Virus record (IMG/VR): IMGVR_UViG_3300036770_005084
Coordinates: 1 to 64,000 of that record
DNA: 64,000 bases
Strand: one strand, 5' to 3'
Origin: a virus
Below are positions 1 through 7,746 of this stretch, in pieces (the first letter of the stretch is position 1; the number at the start of each line of letters is the position of its first letter). Below the pieces are notes generated by a model. It did no database searches, was not told where the DNA came from, and saw nothing but the letters and a program-made list of their open reading frames with translations. A program made the translations under genes and the position numbers.

Positions 1-45
1 AAACTTGACCCAGAGGATTCTGAATCTCAAGTCCTTAACGGTTAA
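1..45 (+). CDS. 3' end of a small hypothetical ORF (partial)
   Basis: Open frame KLDPEDSESQVLNG ending in TAA at 43-45; the start lies outside the window. Confidence 0.45.
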   Translation, partial: KLDPEDSESQVLNG

Positions 46-130
46 TTTCTACGGGCATTAAAGGTCCAAACTTTAAGTAAGTCCCACACCCTCTATGCCT
101 CTTTACAATGCACAAACCAGAGGGTCTATT

Positions 131-203
131 GGGCATGTAGCATAATGGATAATGCACCAACCTTCTAAGTTGTCTACTGTAGGTTCGAGTCCTACCATGC
201 CTG
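131..203 (+). tRNA. tRNA-Arg (anticodon UCU)
   Basis: Acceptor GGGCATG/CATGCCT, D-arm GCAT-AATGGATA-ATGC, anticodon loop CTTCTAA, T-loop GGTTCGAGTCC; no encoded CCA. Confidence 0.93.
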
Positions 204-218
204 TTTTACTTTATTATT

Positions 219-989
219 ATGAAACTCAAAGTTCTTAGTGATTTACATCTGGAGCACTTTGTTGCTTGTCAGGTACACCCAGTTGGTGAAGGTGATGTTT
301 TGGTTCTTGCTGGAGACATTCTTTGTGCCAAGCATTTCAAGACTGACGGATATATTCACGCAGTCTATGATAGGTTCTTGAATGATTGTAGTAAGAACTA
401 TGATAAAGTTCTGTATGTAATGGGAAATCATGAGTTCTATGGATATAACTATGAGGGAACAAAGAAGAAACTAAAAGAAAATCTTCCTCATAATTTCCAT
501 CTTCTTGATAATGATACAATCACTATCAACAACTGGAACTTTATTGGTTTCACACTCTGGACTGACTTTCGTAATGAAAATGCTCTAGAGATGATGGAAG
601 CAGCACAAGTGATGAATGACTACAAAGTTATTCGTATCACTCCGAAGTATCGGAAGATGAACCCAAATGATACTCTTAACTTCCACAAAGATAGCAAGAA
701 ATATCTTCTCAAGCAACTACAAACACTGAACGACAATGTATTTGTAATCAGTCATCACGCACCGAGTTATCAGTCGATTCCAACACAATACAAAAATCAT
801 GCAAATGGTGCATATAGTAGTAATCTAGATGATTTGATTATCAATTATCCACAAATCAAATACTGGGTTCATGGACACACTCACAATGCATTTAATTATA
901 TGATTGGGGATTGTCGTATTGTTTGTAATCCTGGTGGGTATCCTGGACAAGGAACTGGATTTAATCCAGATATTTTCTTCGAAATCTAA
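219..989 (+). CDS. Calcineurin-like metallophosphoesterase
   Basis: Motifs SDLHLE, AGDI, GNHE, HHAP and HGHTH. Confidence 0.9.
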   Translation: MKLKVLSDLHLEHFVACQVHPVGEGDVLVLAGDILCAKHFKTDGYIHAVYDRFLNDCSKNYDKVLYVMGNHEFYGYNYEGTKKKLKENLPHNFHLLDNDTITINNWNFIGFTLWTDFRNENALEMMEAAQVMNDYKVIRITPKYRKMNPNDTLNFHKDSKKYLLKQLQTLNDNVFVISHHAPSYQSIPTQYKNHANGAYSSNLDDLIINYPQIKYWVHGHTHNAFNYMIGDCRIVCNPGGYPGQGTGFNPDIFFEI

Positions 990-995
990 ATACGT

Positions 996-1054
996 TGTGA
1001 CACTTTTTTCACTGTCCCTAACATCCAGCAAAGTCTAGGAGTGGATGCTATGAT
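996..1054 (+). promoter_or_regulatory. Early promoter, palindrome family copy 1 (degenerate)
   Basis: TGTGACAC-TTTTTTCA-CTGTCCCT at 996-1019; TG-c-TATGAT -10 at 1049-1054. Confidence 0.65.
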
Positions 1055-1078
1055 GGATTCATCAATCAAAGAGGAGGT

Positions 1079-1204
1079 ATGACTACCCCAAATTGGCAAC
1101 ACAATTCAGGAAAAGATAAGAACACAAAAGGTGCTTGTAAGGGGAAACTCAAATCAAGAAAGCAAGCACTTCAACACATCAAACGCAAACTCAAAGTAAT
1201 CTGA
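1079..1204 (+). CDS. Small basic hypothetical protein (41 aa, MTTPNWQHNSGK...)
   Basis: Hand-translated; GAGGAGG directly upstream; first gene after the promoter. Confidence 0.7.
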   Translation: MTTPNWQHNSGKDKNTKGACKGKLKSRKQALQHIKRKLKVI

Positions 1205-1377
1205 TGACCTATCAAAATCTTCTGGAGATTCTTCAGACTCTGACTCTGGAGCAGTTGAAGATGGATGTTTCAATTTATGATATTGGCACTGATGAGTTTT
1301 ATTCAATGAATAGTTTTCATTTTACAGATGAAACTGTAGATGTCCTTGACCCTGAGCACCCTTACATTTCCTTTTGA
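1204..1377 (+). CDS. Hypothetical protein (57 aa, MTYQNLLEIL...)
   Basis: Hand-translated; TGATG coupling to the previous ORF. Confidence 0.7.
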   Translation: MTYQNLLEILQTLTLEQLKMDVSIYDIGTDEFYSMNSFHFTDETVDVLDPEHPYISF

Positions 1378-1379
1378 TA

Positions 1380-1541
1380 ATGAAAGAAGTTACGATCACT
1401 GTTAAACTCCTTCTTGAGGATGACCAACCCTCTTGCGATTGGGTTTATGAAAGTATCTACCAGCAACTGAATCATGATGCTGGAGAAGCAATCCTTGAGT
1501 ATTCTGATGATGAACCGGCGTTAATAAGATGGACTGACTGA
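1380..1541 (+). CDS. Acidic hypothetical protein (53 aa, MKEVTITVKL...)
   Basis: Hand-translated; tight packing. Confidence 0.6.
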   Translation: MKEVTITVKLLLEDDQPSCDWVYESIYQQLNHDAGEAILEYSDDEPALIRWTD

Positions 1542-1544
1542 CTA

Positions 1545-1682
1545 ATGAACTCTAAAACAATTACTTACGTTTTTCTTGCATTTATTGCTATCCTTGGTTG
1601 GAACGCATTTCTTATTCAACGTGATAATAAAATGTTTGAACGATATCATAATACAACAATAACAAGAACAATAAATGTCTAA
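1545..1682 (+). CDS. Small membrane peptide (MNSKTITYVFLAFIAILGWNAFLIQ...)
   Basis: Hand-translated; N-terminal hydrophobic helix. Confidence 0.6.
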   Translation: MNSKTITYVFLAFIAILGWNAFLIQRDNKMFERYHNTTITRTINV

Positions 1683-1869
1683 CGATCTATTTTCGGAAGG
1701 TATTGAAGTTTACTATAAACAGCAATATGGAATAATTAGATTCGTATCTAAAGAGTATATTACTGTTTGTGTTCGCAATTTCCCTAAAGAACGAGTTAAA
1801 GATGTTTGTATTGTAGTTCACCCAGAAAATTACAAGTATATTGAATTGATTAAGGAATCTACAAAATGA
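1675..1869 (+). CDS. Hypothetical protein
   Basis: ORF track; overlaps the previous stop. Confidence 0.7.
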   Translation: MSNDLFSEGIEVYYKQQYGIIRFVSKEYITVCVRNFPKERVKDVCIVVHPENYKYIELIKESTK

Positions 1870-1875
1870 TGCCGA

Positions 1876-1935
1876 TGTGCCACCTGTAGTACTGGCACAC
1901 TAAACCTCCCACAGACCCCCCTGATGCCCTACAAT
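1876..1935 (+). promoter_or_regulatory. Early promoter, palindrome family copy 2
   Basis: TGTGCCAC-CTGTAGTA-CTGGCACA at 1876-1899; -10 TACAAT at 1930-1935. Confidence 0.75.
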
Positions 1936-1959
1936 ACGGGAACACAAGCAAAGGACACC

Positions 1960-2202
1960 ATGACGGTTCTTGATGTTTTTCACTACACTACTTCTCGTTG
2001 GGATTGGCACGATGGTAATGTAAATCAGATGTGGATTCAAGAGATTGAGCACTCTCCTGATTACTACAGTTATGTTGCTGTTGCTTACAATCCTCGTACA
2101 GATGCAAGTATGGTAATGTCCGAACCACGTTGCTATGCTGATACTTTGAACTGGGTTCGTAAGTTCTGCGGTTCTTTCAGTATTCTTCCTCAATACTGCT
2201 GA
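1960..2202 (+). CDS. Hypothetical protein (start moved to MTVLDVF)
   Basis: AAGGA before the ATG at 1960; the upstream ATG at 1924 lies inside the promoter. Confidence 0.7.
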   Translation: MTVLDVFHYTTSRWDWHDGNVNQMWIQEIEHSPDYYSYVAVAYNPRTDASMVMSEPRCYADTLNWVRKFCGSFSILPQYC

Positions 2203-2238
2203 TTCATACTTAACTCAATCAATTCTCACTTCTTCATT

Positions 2239-2619
2239 ATGACTATTAAGTTTCCTCGTCTGTCTGCTGGTATCTACGAGATTCAAAAGGATTCTAACAC
2301 AGTTGGATTCATTCGTAAAGTCAATGCAACCAAGTGGATGGTTGTTGATGTTGTAGATACTCCTCAGCATGTATCTAAGACACTCAAAGATGCAAAATAT
2401 GCTGTAGAGAACTTCATCATTTTTGATGTAGTTGACAACACTCAAGAAACTGAGTATAATGAGTCTGTCCAAGATGAAAAGATTGATAATACTCTTAATA
2501 AGACTCTAGAGGGTTCTTTGCACTGCTATAAGCAGATTCCTGGAACTGATGAGTTTGAAGAAGTATGTCCTAGCACTCTTGGATTTTCTGTTCCTACTCT
2601 TGAACCCATTGAGTTCTGA
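2239..2619 (+). CDS. Hypothetical protein
   Basis: ORF track; phage-like codon usage. Confidence 0.75.
   Translation: MTIKFPRLSAGIYEIQKDSNTVGFIRKVNATKWMVVDVVDTPQHVSKTLKDAKYAVENFIIFDVVDNTQETEYNESVQDEKIDNTLNKTLEGSLHCYKQIPGTDEFEEVCPSTLGFSVPTLEPIEF
2432..2460 (+). promoter_or_regulatory. Consensus sigma70 promoter inside a CDS
   Basis: TTGACA-17 bp-TATAAT. Confidence 0.7.
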
Positions 2620-2660
2620 TGTTTAAGTTTATTCTCAACACAATTCTCCAACAAAACAAA

Positions 2661-2795
2661 ATGCACAATTCAACTCTAGATCTTTTCTGTGATCATGAAG
2701 ATGAAACTATTGCAGATGAATATGCAATGGAAATTGAACGTAAAGCAGCAGAACTAGAAGTGACTGTTGATTATTACATGATGGAGTTTGTTTGA
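2661..2795 (+). CDS. Small acidic protein (...AAELEVTVDYYMMEFV); alternative in-frame start at 2619
   Basis: Hand-translated; resembles short cyanophage early peptides. Confidence 0.65.
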   Translation: MHNSTLDLFCDHEDETIADEYAMEIERKAAELEVTVDYYMMEFV

Positions 2796-3091
2796 TGGAC
2801 ACTTGGGATTGTACTGTTACGATGCCATCAGGTAAGATTAGATCTATCAATGTAACTGCTTATTGTTATAGTGATGCAATTATTACTGCTGAATCTATGA
2901 CTGGTGGAATATGTAATAATGCAGTCCAAATGTATAATTCAACTACAAATAATGAAACAAGTGGAGATAATAGTGGTTTAGGAATACTATTTCTTCTTGT
3001 AGTTGTATTTTGTATTGCTGCATGGAAATATATTCTTCTCATTAGTGGAATTGCATTTGTTATGTGGTGGTTATGGAAGAATTGGAACTAA
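2795..3091 (+). CDS. Hypothetical membrane protein
   Basis: C-terminal hydrophobic segments; TGATG coupling. Confidence 0.7.
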   Translation: MDTWDCTVTMPSGKIRSINVTAYCYSDAIITAESMTGGICNNAVQMYNSTTNNETSGDNSGLGILFLLVVVFCIAAWKYILLISGIAFVMWWLWKNWN

Positions 3092-3100
3092 ATAGAATAT

Positions 3101-3174
3101 GCCTGTGTAGCTCAGTTGGATAGAGCAACGGTTTTGTAAACCGTAGGTCGTCGGTTCAAGTCCGACCGTGGGCT
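3101..3174 (+). tRNA. tRNA-Thr (anticodon UGU)
   Basis: D-arm GCTC-AGTTGGATA-GAGC, anticodon arm ACGGT-TTTGTAA-ACCGT, T-arm GTCGG-TTCAAGT-CCGAC; acceptor GCCTGTG/CGTGGGC has three G-U pairs. Confidence 0.88.
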
Positions 3175-3188
3175 TATAATTTATAATA

Positions 3189-3246
3189 TGTGCCACTTGT
3201 AGCACTGTCCATATCATTCCCATTTGCACCTTGTAGGTGCTATAAT
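3189..3246 (+). promoter_or_regulatory. Early promoter, palindrome family copy 3
   Basis: TGTGCCAC-TTGTAGCA-CTGTCCAT at 3189-3212; TG-c-TATAAT at 3238-3246. Confidence 0.75.
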
Positions 3247-3269
3247 AGTTCTATTGATTTGATTGATTG

Positions 3270-4505
3270 ATGCTGACTCTTCTTCCTTATCAACAACGTG
3301 CTCTTAAGGCAGTTCAAAATGCTATCAGGGGTAGTGTTTATATTCCCACTGGTGGTGGCAAAACTATTGTGATGATGGAAGATGCACGTCAACGGATTCT
3401 AAATGCACTAGAACCGATGACGTTTCTTGTTGTTGCTCCTCGTATTCTGCTTGCAAATCAACTCTGTTCAGAGTTCGAAGAATATCTCAAAGACCAGAAT
3501 GTTGCTTATCTGCACGTTCACAGTGGAGAAACTCATCATCAATCCTCTACACGTCCATCAGTCATTGCAGAATACAATGACACTGCAATCGGAAGTGGTA
3601 AGCATCAGTTTATCTTCACCACATACAATTCGATAGGTCGTGTGAATGAGGCAGATATTAACATTGATGTTGTGTATTTCGATGAAGCACATCACTGTGT
3701 GAAACCATCTAACTTTGTGGGTATTGCTCATACTTCAGCAGTTGCAGATAATGCTTATTTCTTCACTGCAACTCCGAAGTTTAATAACAGCAAGGAGTCA
3801 ATGAATAATACTGATGTGTATGGTAATAACATCATCAGTATTCCTGCAAAAGAACTCATTGAAGCAGGTAGTATCATTCCTCCCAAAGTTGTTCCTTATG
3901 AAGCACAAACCATTCGCACTAAAGAAAATGCACCTTTTGTAGATGCAGAGAACATTGTAGGTATTCTGTCAGAGATTTCTGATTGTGATGCTCCTAAAGT
4001 TCTTGTTGCTGCTCCTAGCACCAAAGTAATCTGGGCAATGTTTACTGAGAGTGATTTGCTGCAACAACTCAATGATATGGGTTATACGATTATGCACATC
4101 ACTTCAAAGCACGGTGCTTATATTGACAAACAGAAAGTCTCCCGTGAAGTATTCTTCCAGAAGATGAGTGAGTTTGGTGCTGATGCAGACAAGAAGTTCA
4201 TTGTATTTCATTATAGCATCCTGTCTGAAGGAATGAATGTTCATGGTCTGACTCATTGCATTATGCTTCGCAATCTTCCTCTGATTGAAATGGCACAGAC
4301 TGTTGGACGTGTTATCCGTATGCACCGTGATGATCGACAAGCAATCGCAGAGGGTAAAGTAAAAGCAGGTGAGTTTGCTTTCTATAAGAAACCCTTTGGC
4401 ACTATCACTATTCCTGTCAACAACAACTATGGTGATAAGATTGCTCGTCAACTTCAAACTGTTGTGGACACTATCTTTGTGAAGGGTGAGGTTCTTTCTG
4501 CCTAG
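3270..4505 (+). CDS. SF2 (DEAH / ResIII-like) helicase
   Basis: Q motif LLPYQQ, Walker A PTGGGKT, DEAHH, TAT, SEGMNV, QTVGRVIR. Confidence 0.9.
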   Translation: MLTLLPYQQRALKAVQNAIRGSVYIPTGGGKTIVMMEDARQRILNALEPMTFLVVAPRILLANQLCSEFEEYLKDQNVAYLHVHSGETHHQSSTRPSVIAEYNDTAIGSGKHQFIFTTYNSIGRVNEADINIDVVYFDEAHHCVKPSNFVGIAHTSAVADNAYFFTATPKFNNSKESMNNTDVYGNNIISIPAKELIEAGSIIPPKVVPYEAQTIRTKENAPFVDAENIVGILSEISDCDAPKVLVAAPSTKVIWAMFTESDLLQQLNDMGYTIMHITSKHGAYIDKQKVSREVFFQKMSEFGADADKKFIVFHYSILSEGMNVHGLTHCIMLRNLPLIEMAQTVGRVIRMHRDDRQAIAEGKVKAGEFAFYKKPFGTITIPVNNNYGDKIARQLQTVVDTIFVKGEVLSA

Positions 4506-4566
4506 TGCCACTTGTAGCACTGGCACTATACCCCTTGCGGTGCAGGGGATTTCCTGGTATTATACT
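4504..4566 (+). promoter_or_regulatory. Early promoter, palindrome family copy 4
   Basis: AGTGCCAC-TTGTAGCA-CTGGCACT at 4504-4527; TG-g-TATTAT at 4555-4563. Confidence 0.72.
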
Positions 4567-4586
4567 TGTATGGATGAAGAACTCCA

Positions 4587-4751
4587 ATGACCTACACACC
4601 GATTGAGTCAAGTATTCCTTACTTGAAGGTTCCCGAAAACCGATTGAATCTTGCATTTAATTGGTATAATCGGCATGAAGATCATCCTTTGAACTTCCCC
4701 TGTTATTCTTATTGGATTCAACATTGTGAAAATGATGGCACTGACTACTGA
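4587..4751 (+). CDS. Hypothetical protein (54 aa, MTYTPIESSIPYL...)
   Basis: Hand-translated; first ORF after the promoter. Confidence 0.6.
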   Translation: MTYTPIESSIPYLKVPENRLNLAFNWYNRHEDHPLNFPCYSYWIQHCENDGTDY

Positions 4752-4755
4752 AACT

Positions 4756-4932
4756 ATGCTTGACACTGTTTTGTCTATTGAAGAAGTTTTGACCGAGAAG
4801 CAACTGCTTGCTTTGCGAGACATTATGTACTTCTACAAAGAATTTGAAATGGAGTTGTACAATTATCCTCAAGAAGATACACTGTTTACTAAAACTCAAC
4901 GAGAACTATTCGACATTTTCGACATCAAATGA
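4756..4932 (+). CDS. Hypothetical protein (MLDTVLSIEEV...)
   Basis: ORF track 4726-4932 with the start moved past the previous stop. Confidence 0.65.
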   Translation: MLDTVLSIEEVLTEKQLLALRDIMYFYKEFEMELYNYPQEDTLFTKTQRELFDIFDIK

Positions 4933-5138
4933 CTTCAATTTCTTTCACTTCTGGTGAGTTGCTTGATATTATGAAAGCACTTGAGTATTATGAAGATGAT
5001 GCTTACTTCAATCAAAATAATGCACATCTTGCTAGTTATTATCTGAGTATGCAAAATCAATTTCAACTCATTTATGAAAAGTTGCAAGAATTACCTGGAG
5101 AGGATAGAGTTGCTAATCTTGTTCTTGCTGCAAACTAA
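4929..5138 (+). CDS. Hypothetical protein
   Basis: ORF track; ATGA coupling. Confidence 0.7.
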   Translation: MTSISFTSGELLDIMKALEYYEDDAYFNQNNAHLASYYLSMQNQFQLIYEKLQELPGEDRVANLVLAAN

Positions 5139-5320
5139 TGAAACCTAAGTTCCGTGCCGTATTAGAATTGGCAATCGAGGAAGGTGTAAGGTATGGATAC
5201 CAACGTGCATTTAAGCACAATCCAGAACCTCACATTGATTCGATAACTGATACTATTGTAACCGAAATTTTTAACTCACTCGACACTTGGTTTGATGATG
5301 TCAACTGCACTGAAGAGTAA
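5138..5320 (+). CDS. Hypothetical protein
   Basis: ORF track; TAATG coupling. Confidence 0.7.
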   Translation: MKPKFRAVLELAIEEGVRYGYQRAFKHNPEPHIDSITDTIVTEIFNSLDTWFDDVNCTEE

Positions 5321-5397
5321 AATGAATAGATTGCAGATTTGAACGATTCAGGTTATACTTTCAATGAACTTTCTAATTTGATCGAACAACAATTTTA

Positions 5398-5562
5398 ATG
5401 GAACAACAAACTGTGACTCAATACAAGTCTGTAAATCTTACTGTATATTTCAATGCCGAATTGGATGATGGTGAGGTACAAGATTTCATTGATCGTATGA
5501 CTGAAAAATATAGTCATCCTGATGACATTATTCGAGATTATGAATACTGGTATGATGAGTGA
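5398..5562 (+). CDS. Acidic hypothetical protein (MEQQTVTQYK...YEYWYDE)
   Basis: Hand-translated. Confidence 0.6.
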   Translation: MEQQTVTQYKSVNLTVYFNAELDDGEVQDFIDRMTEKYSHPDDIIRDYEYWYDE

Positions 5563-5576
5563 GTCTAGTGTGAGAC

Positions 5577-5636
5577 TGTGCCACCTGTAGGAGTGGCACA
5601 ATACACTCCCCAAACCCCCTGTGTGGGTGCTATAAT
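5577..5636 (+). promoter_or_regulatory. Early promoter, palindrome family copy 5 (perfect inverted repeat)
   Basis: TGTGCCAC-CTGTAGGA-GTGGCACA at 5577-5600; TG-c-TATAAT at 5628-5636. Confidence 0.8.
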
Positions 5637-5664
5637 TACGAAGTAATCAAGGTTGAGAGACCAA

Positions 5665-6060
5665 ATGACTGCAACTCAAGTTGAACTTCAAGAATCCACT
5701 ATCAATTTCATCAAAGAACTTGTAGAAGATTCTTATGCTCAAGATGACATTTATGATTTCATTGCTGAGTATGGTGAGAGCACCTTTGTTCAACATTATG
5801 TAACTTATGTTGAACTGGGTGAATCTTATTCTTACGATGCAGTAGATTGCTTTATCGAAGAATTTGGTGTTAATGATCTTGACTCATTCGAAGATTCTTA
5901 CCGTGGGGAATGGAGTTCTGCTGCAGATTATGCAGCAAACTATGTCACAGATTGTTATTCTGTAGATATTCCTGATTTTGTTGAGATTGACTGGAGGGAA
6001 ACTTTCAACAATCTTGGACGTGTTTATGTCAATGGTTTTGTTTTTGATTCTCAATACTGA
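5665..6060 (+). CDS. ArdA-like antirestriction (DNA-mimic) protein
   Basis: Very acidic; the C-terminal YRGEWSSAADYA...IPDFVEIDWRETF pattern resembles the ArdA C-terminal YxGxYxSxxDFA...IP..IDYE pattern. Confidence 0.6.
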   Translation: MTATQVELQESTINFIKELVEDSYAQDDIYDFIAEYGESTFVQHYVTYVELGESYSYDAVDCFIEEFGVNDLDSFEDSYRGEWSSAADYAANYVTDCYSVDIPDFVEIDWRETFNNLGRVYVNGFVFDSQY

Positions 6061-6212
6061 TGAAACTTCACTTCAACGACAATCAAATCAAATTGATTCT
6101 CTATTGCTTGGAACAACAAGCATATGAGTTTAATGATGATGAGAAGGAGGATTACAATGCTATCCTTCATTCTATCGAGATTGCACACGATTCAACTAAC
6201 TACGATTTCTGA
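6060..6212 (+). CDS. Hypothetical protein (50 aa, MKLHFNDNQIK...)
   Basis: Hand-translated; TGATG coupling at both ends. Confidence 0.65.
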   Translation: MKLHFNDNQIKLILYCLEQQAYEFNDDEKEDYNAILHSIEIAHDSTNYDF

Positions 6213-6457
6213 TGCGACTTCAATCTAAAGATGGCAACATGGTGGTAGATTTCTATCCCATCAGAACTCCAATGGGTGATGTATCCAAAGAGTGGTATCT
6301 AAAGATTCTCACTTTTATGGGTGAAACTCAATCTAAGAAATTCATCAAAAAAGATGATATGAATCTTGAGATTGAAGATTATAATAATTCTCACAACTAT
6401 GAAGTTGTAAAGTTCAATACTATTCCACAACTTGCTAATCCTTTTGCTACTGTCTGA
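6212..6457 (+). CDS. Hypothetical protein
   Basis: ORF track. Confidence 0.7.
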   Translation: MRLQSKDGNMVVDFYPIRTPMGDVSKEWYLKILTFMGETQSKKFIKKDDMNLEIEDYNNSHNYEVVKFNTIPQLANPFATV

Positions 6458-6459
6458 TC

Positions 6460-6666
6460 ATGCTACTTCAACTTACCGACATTGAATTTGATTTTGTTGA
6501 TTCTGAGGGAGAACTTCCTTATGATGAACAGGTTGCAGTTTCTAACTCTGTGATTGGGGAAGTCTTTGATGTTGATGATGAGGATGAACTTGCAGATGTA
6601 ATCACTGATGAAACTGGGTGGTGTATTAAATCACTCAATTACATTGAAATTGTTGAATCTAACTGA
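6460..6666 (+). CDS. Acidic hypothetical protein (...ITDETGWCIKSL)
   Basis: ORF track; resembles a common cyanophage small-protein family. Confidence 0.72.
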   Translation: MLLQLTDIEFDFVDSEGELPYDEQVAVSNSVIGEVFDVDDEDELADVITDETGWCIKSLNYIEIVESN

Positions 6667-6668
6667 CA

Positions 6669-6851
6669 ATGGAAACTCAAACTCGCAATGAATTGGTTGA
6701 AGCATATGTTGATCGTGTGCTTGATAATATGTCAACCAAAGATTTGATTCGAATTGTAGCAGATCAACTTGAAGAAAATCTATCCGCATATAGTGATGAT
6801 GAACTCATTGCGGAGATTGATGAGTATTATCCAGAATTGCTTGAGACATGA
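6669..6851 (+). CDS. Acidic hypothetical protein (...EYYPELLE)
   Basis: ORF track. Confidence 0.72.
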   Translation: METQTRNELVEAYVDRVLDNMSTKDLIRIVADQLEENLSAYSDDELIAEIDEYYPELLET

Positions 6852-6884
6852 TCTAACATCATCTCATCGAGTCCAATGATGAGA

Positions 6885-6942
6885 TGTGCCACTTGTTTTT
6901 GTGGCACACTAAATGAGCACAGACCCCAAAAGGTGCTATATT
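6885..6942 (+). promoter_or_regulatory. Early promoter, palindrome family copy 6 (perfect inverted repeat)
   Basis: TGTGCCAC-TTGTTTTT-GTGGCACA at 6885-6908; TG-c-TATATT at 6934-6942; preceded by the hairpin CATCTCATC...GATGAGATG at 6860-6886. Confidence 0.78.
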
Positions 6943-6997
6943 AAGAGGGTGGAAGGGGTCAGACCCACCCACAAACGTTCAACTTACTTAAATTACA

Positions 6998-7195
6998 ATG
7001 ACTGTTGCTTTCTCTAAAGATCTGATGATTGGTATGCTCCGCAAGGGTGAGACTGGAAATCAGATTCTTGACATTCTTGATGTGATTGCACCTGACAATA
7101 CTGAACTCACCCGTGAGCAAGTTTGTGAGGATCTTGCGATTGCTGATTGTCCTGAGAACGATGATGAGATTGCTGCTTATCTTGCTGCAGTCTGA
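6998..7195 (+). CDS. Hypothetical protein
   Basis: ORF track. Confidence 0.72.
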   Translation: MTVAFSKDLMIGMLRKGETGNQILDILDVIAPDNTELTREQVCEDLAIADCPENDDEIAAYLAAV

Positions 7196-7220
7196 GTTCA
7201 ATTCTTTATTCTTTTTCATC

Positions 7221-7406
7221 ATGTTTATTGCTTGTCCCGTAACATTCATTCTTGAAGATGCGGAATGGTTTGATGATGTTTTTGAAGCAACTGAATCTGC
7301 ACTTGATTGGAGTGCGGAACTATCTGGTGAGAATGTGATTGTTTATGAGGCAATCGAAGGTAACTATGGTTACGACTTCAAACCACTTTCTACAATTTCT
7401 GCCTGA
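7221..7406 (+). CDS. Acidic hypothetical protein (MFIACPVTF...)
   Basis: Start moved to the ATG at 7221, after a pyrimidine-rich leader. Confidence 0.65.
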   Translation: MFIACPVTFILEDAEWFDDVFEATESALDWSAELSGENVIVYEAIEGNYGYDFKPLSTISA

Positions 7407-7414
7407 TTCTACTA

Positions 7415-7744
7415 ATGAACGCACAACTTTCGATTGATAAATGTAAAGTAATGTGGGTTGTTGGTGCATTGCAACGACTTGCGACTTTAGGTATGATTGG
7501 TCCTGACATTCCACTACAACTTACTCCAGAGGCAGTGGAAGATTATATTGAGATTGATAATCATCGAGATATTCTTTTTCAGTCAGACTTTGAGATTGCA
7601 TCTATCTTCACACAAATTGTAAAATGTGAATGTGATGATGAACCAAGTTCTGATGATATTAAAGGTATTGTAAATTTAATTCTTGAGTATAAGAACAATC
7701 GCACTGAGATTGTTAAGTTTGCTCTTTCACACCAAGTTATTTGA
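7415..7744 (+). CDS. Hypothetical protein
   Basis: ORF track. Confidence 0.75.
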   Translation: MNAQLSIDKCKVMWVVGALQRLATLGMIGPDIPLQLTPEAVEDYIEIDNHRDILFQSDFEIASIFTQIVKCECDDEPSSDDIKGIVNLILEYKNNRTEIVKFALSHQVI

Positions 7745-7746
7745 TA

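Noticed and set aside
3270-4505. Helicase as the Res subunit of a type III restriction system
   Set aside because: No nuclease domain evident and no adjacent methyltransferase; stand-alone SF2 helicases occur in cyanophage early regions
996-6908. Palindromic repeats as a CRISPR array or integron attC sites
   Set aside because: The intervals are 0.9-1.3 kb gene modules rather than 30-40 bp spacers; there are no cas or integrase genes in the window and no GTTRRRY core
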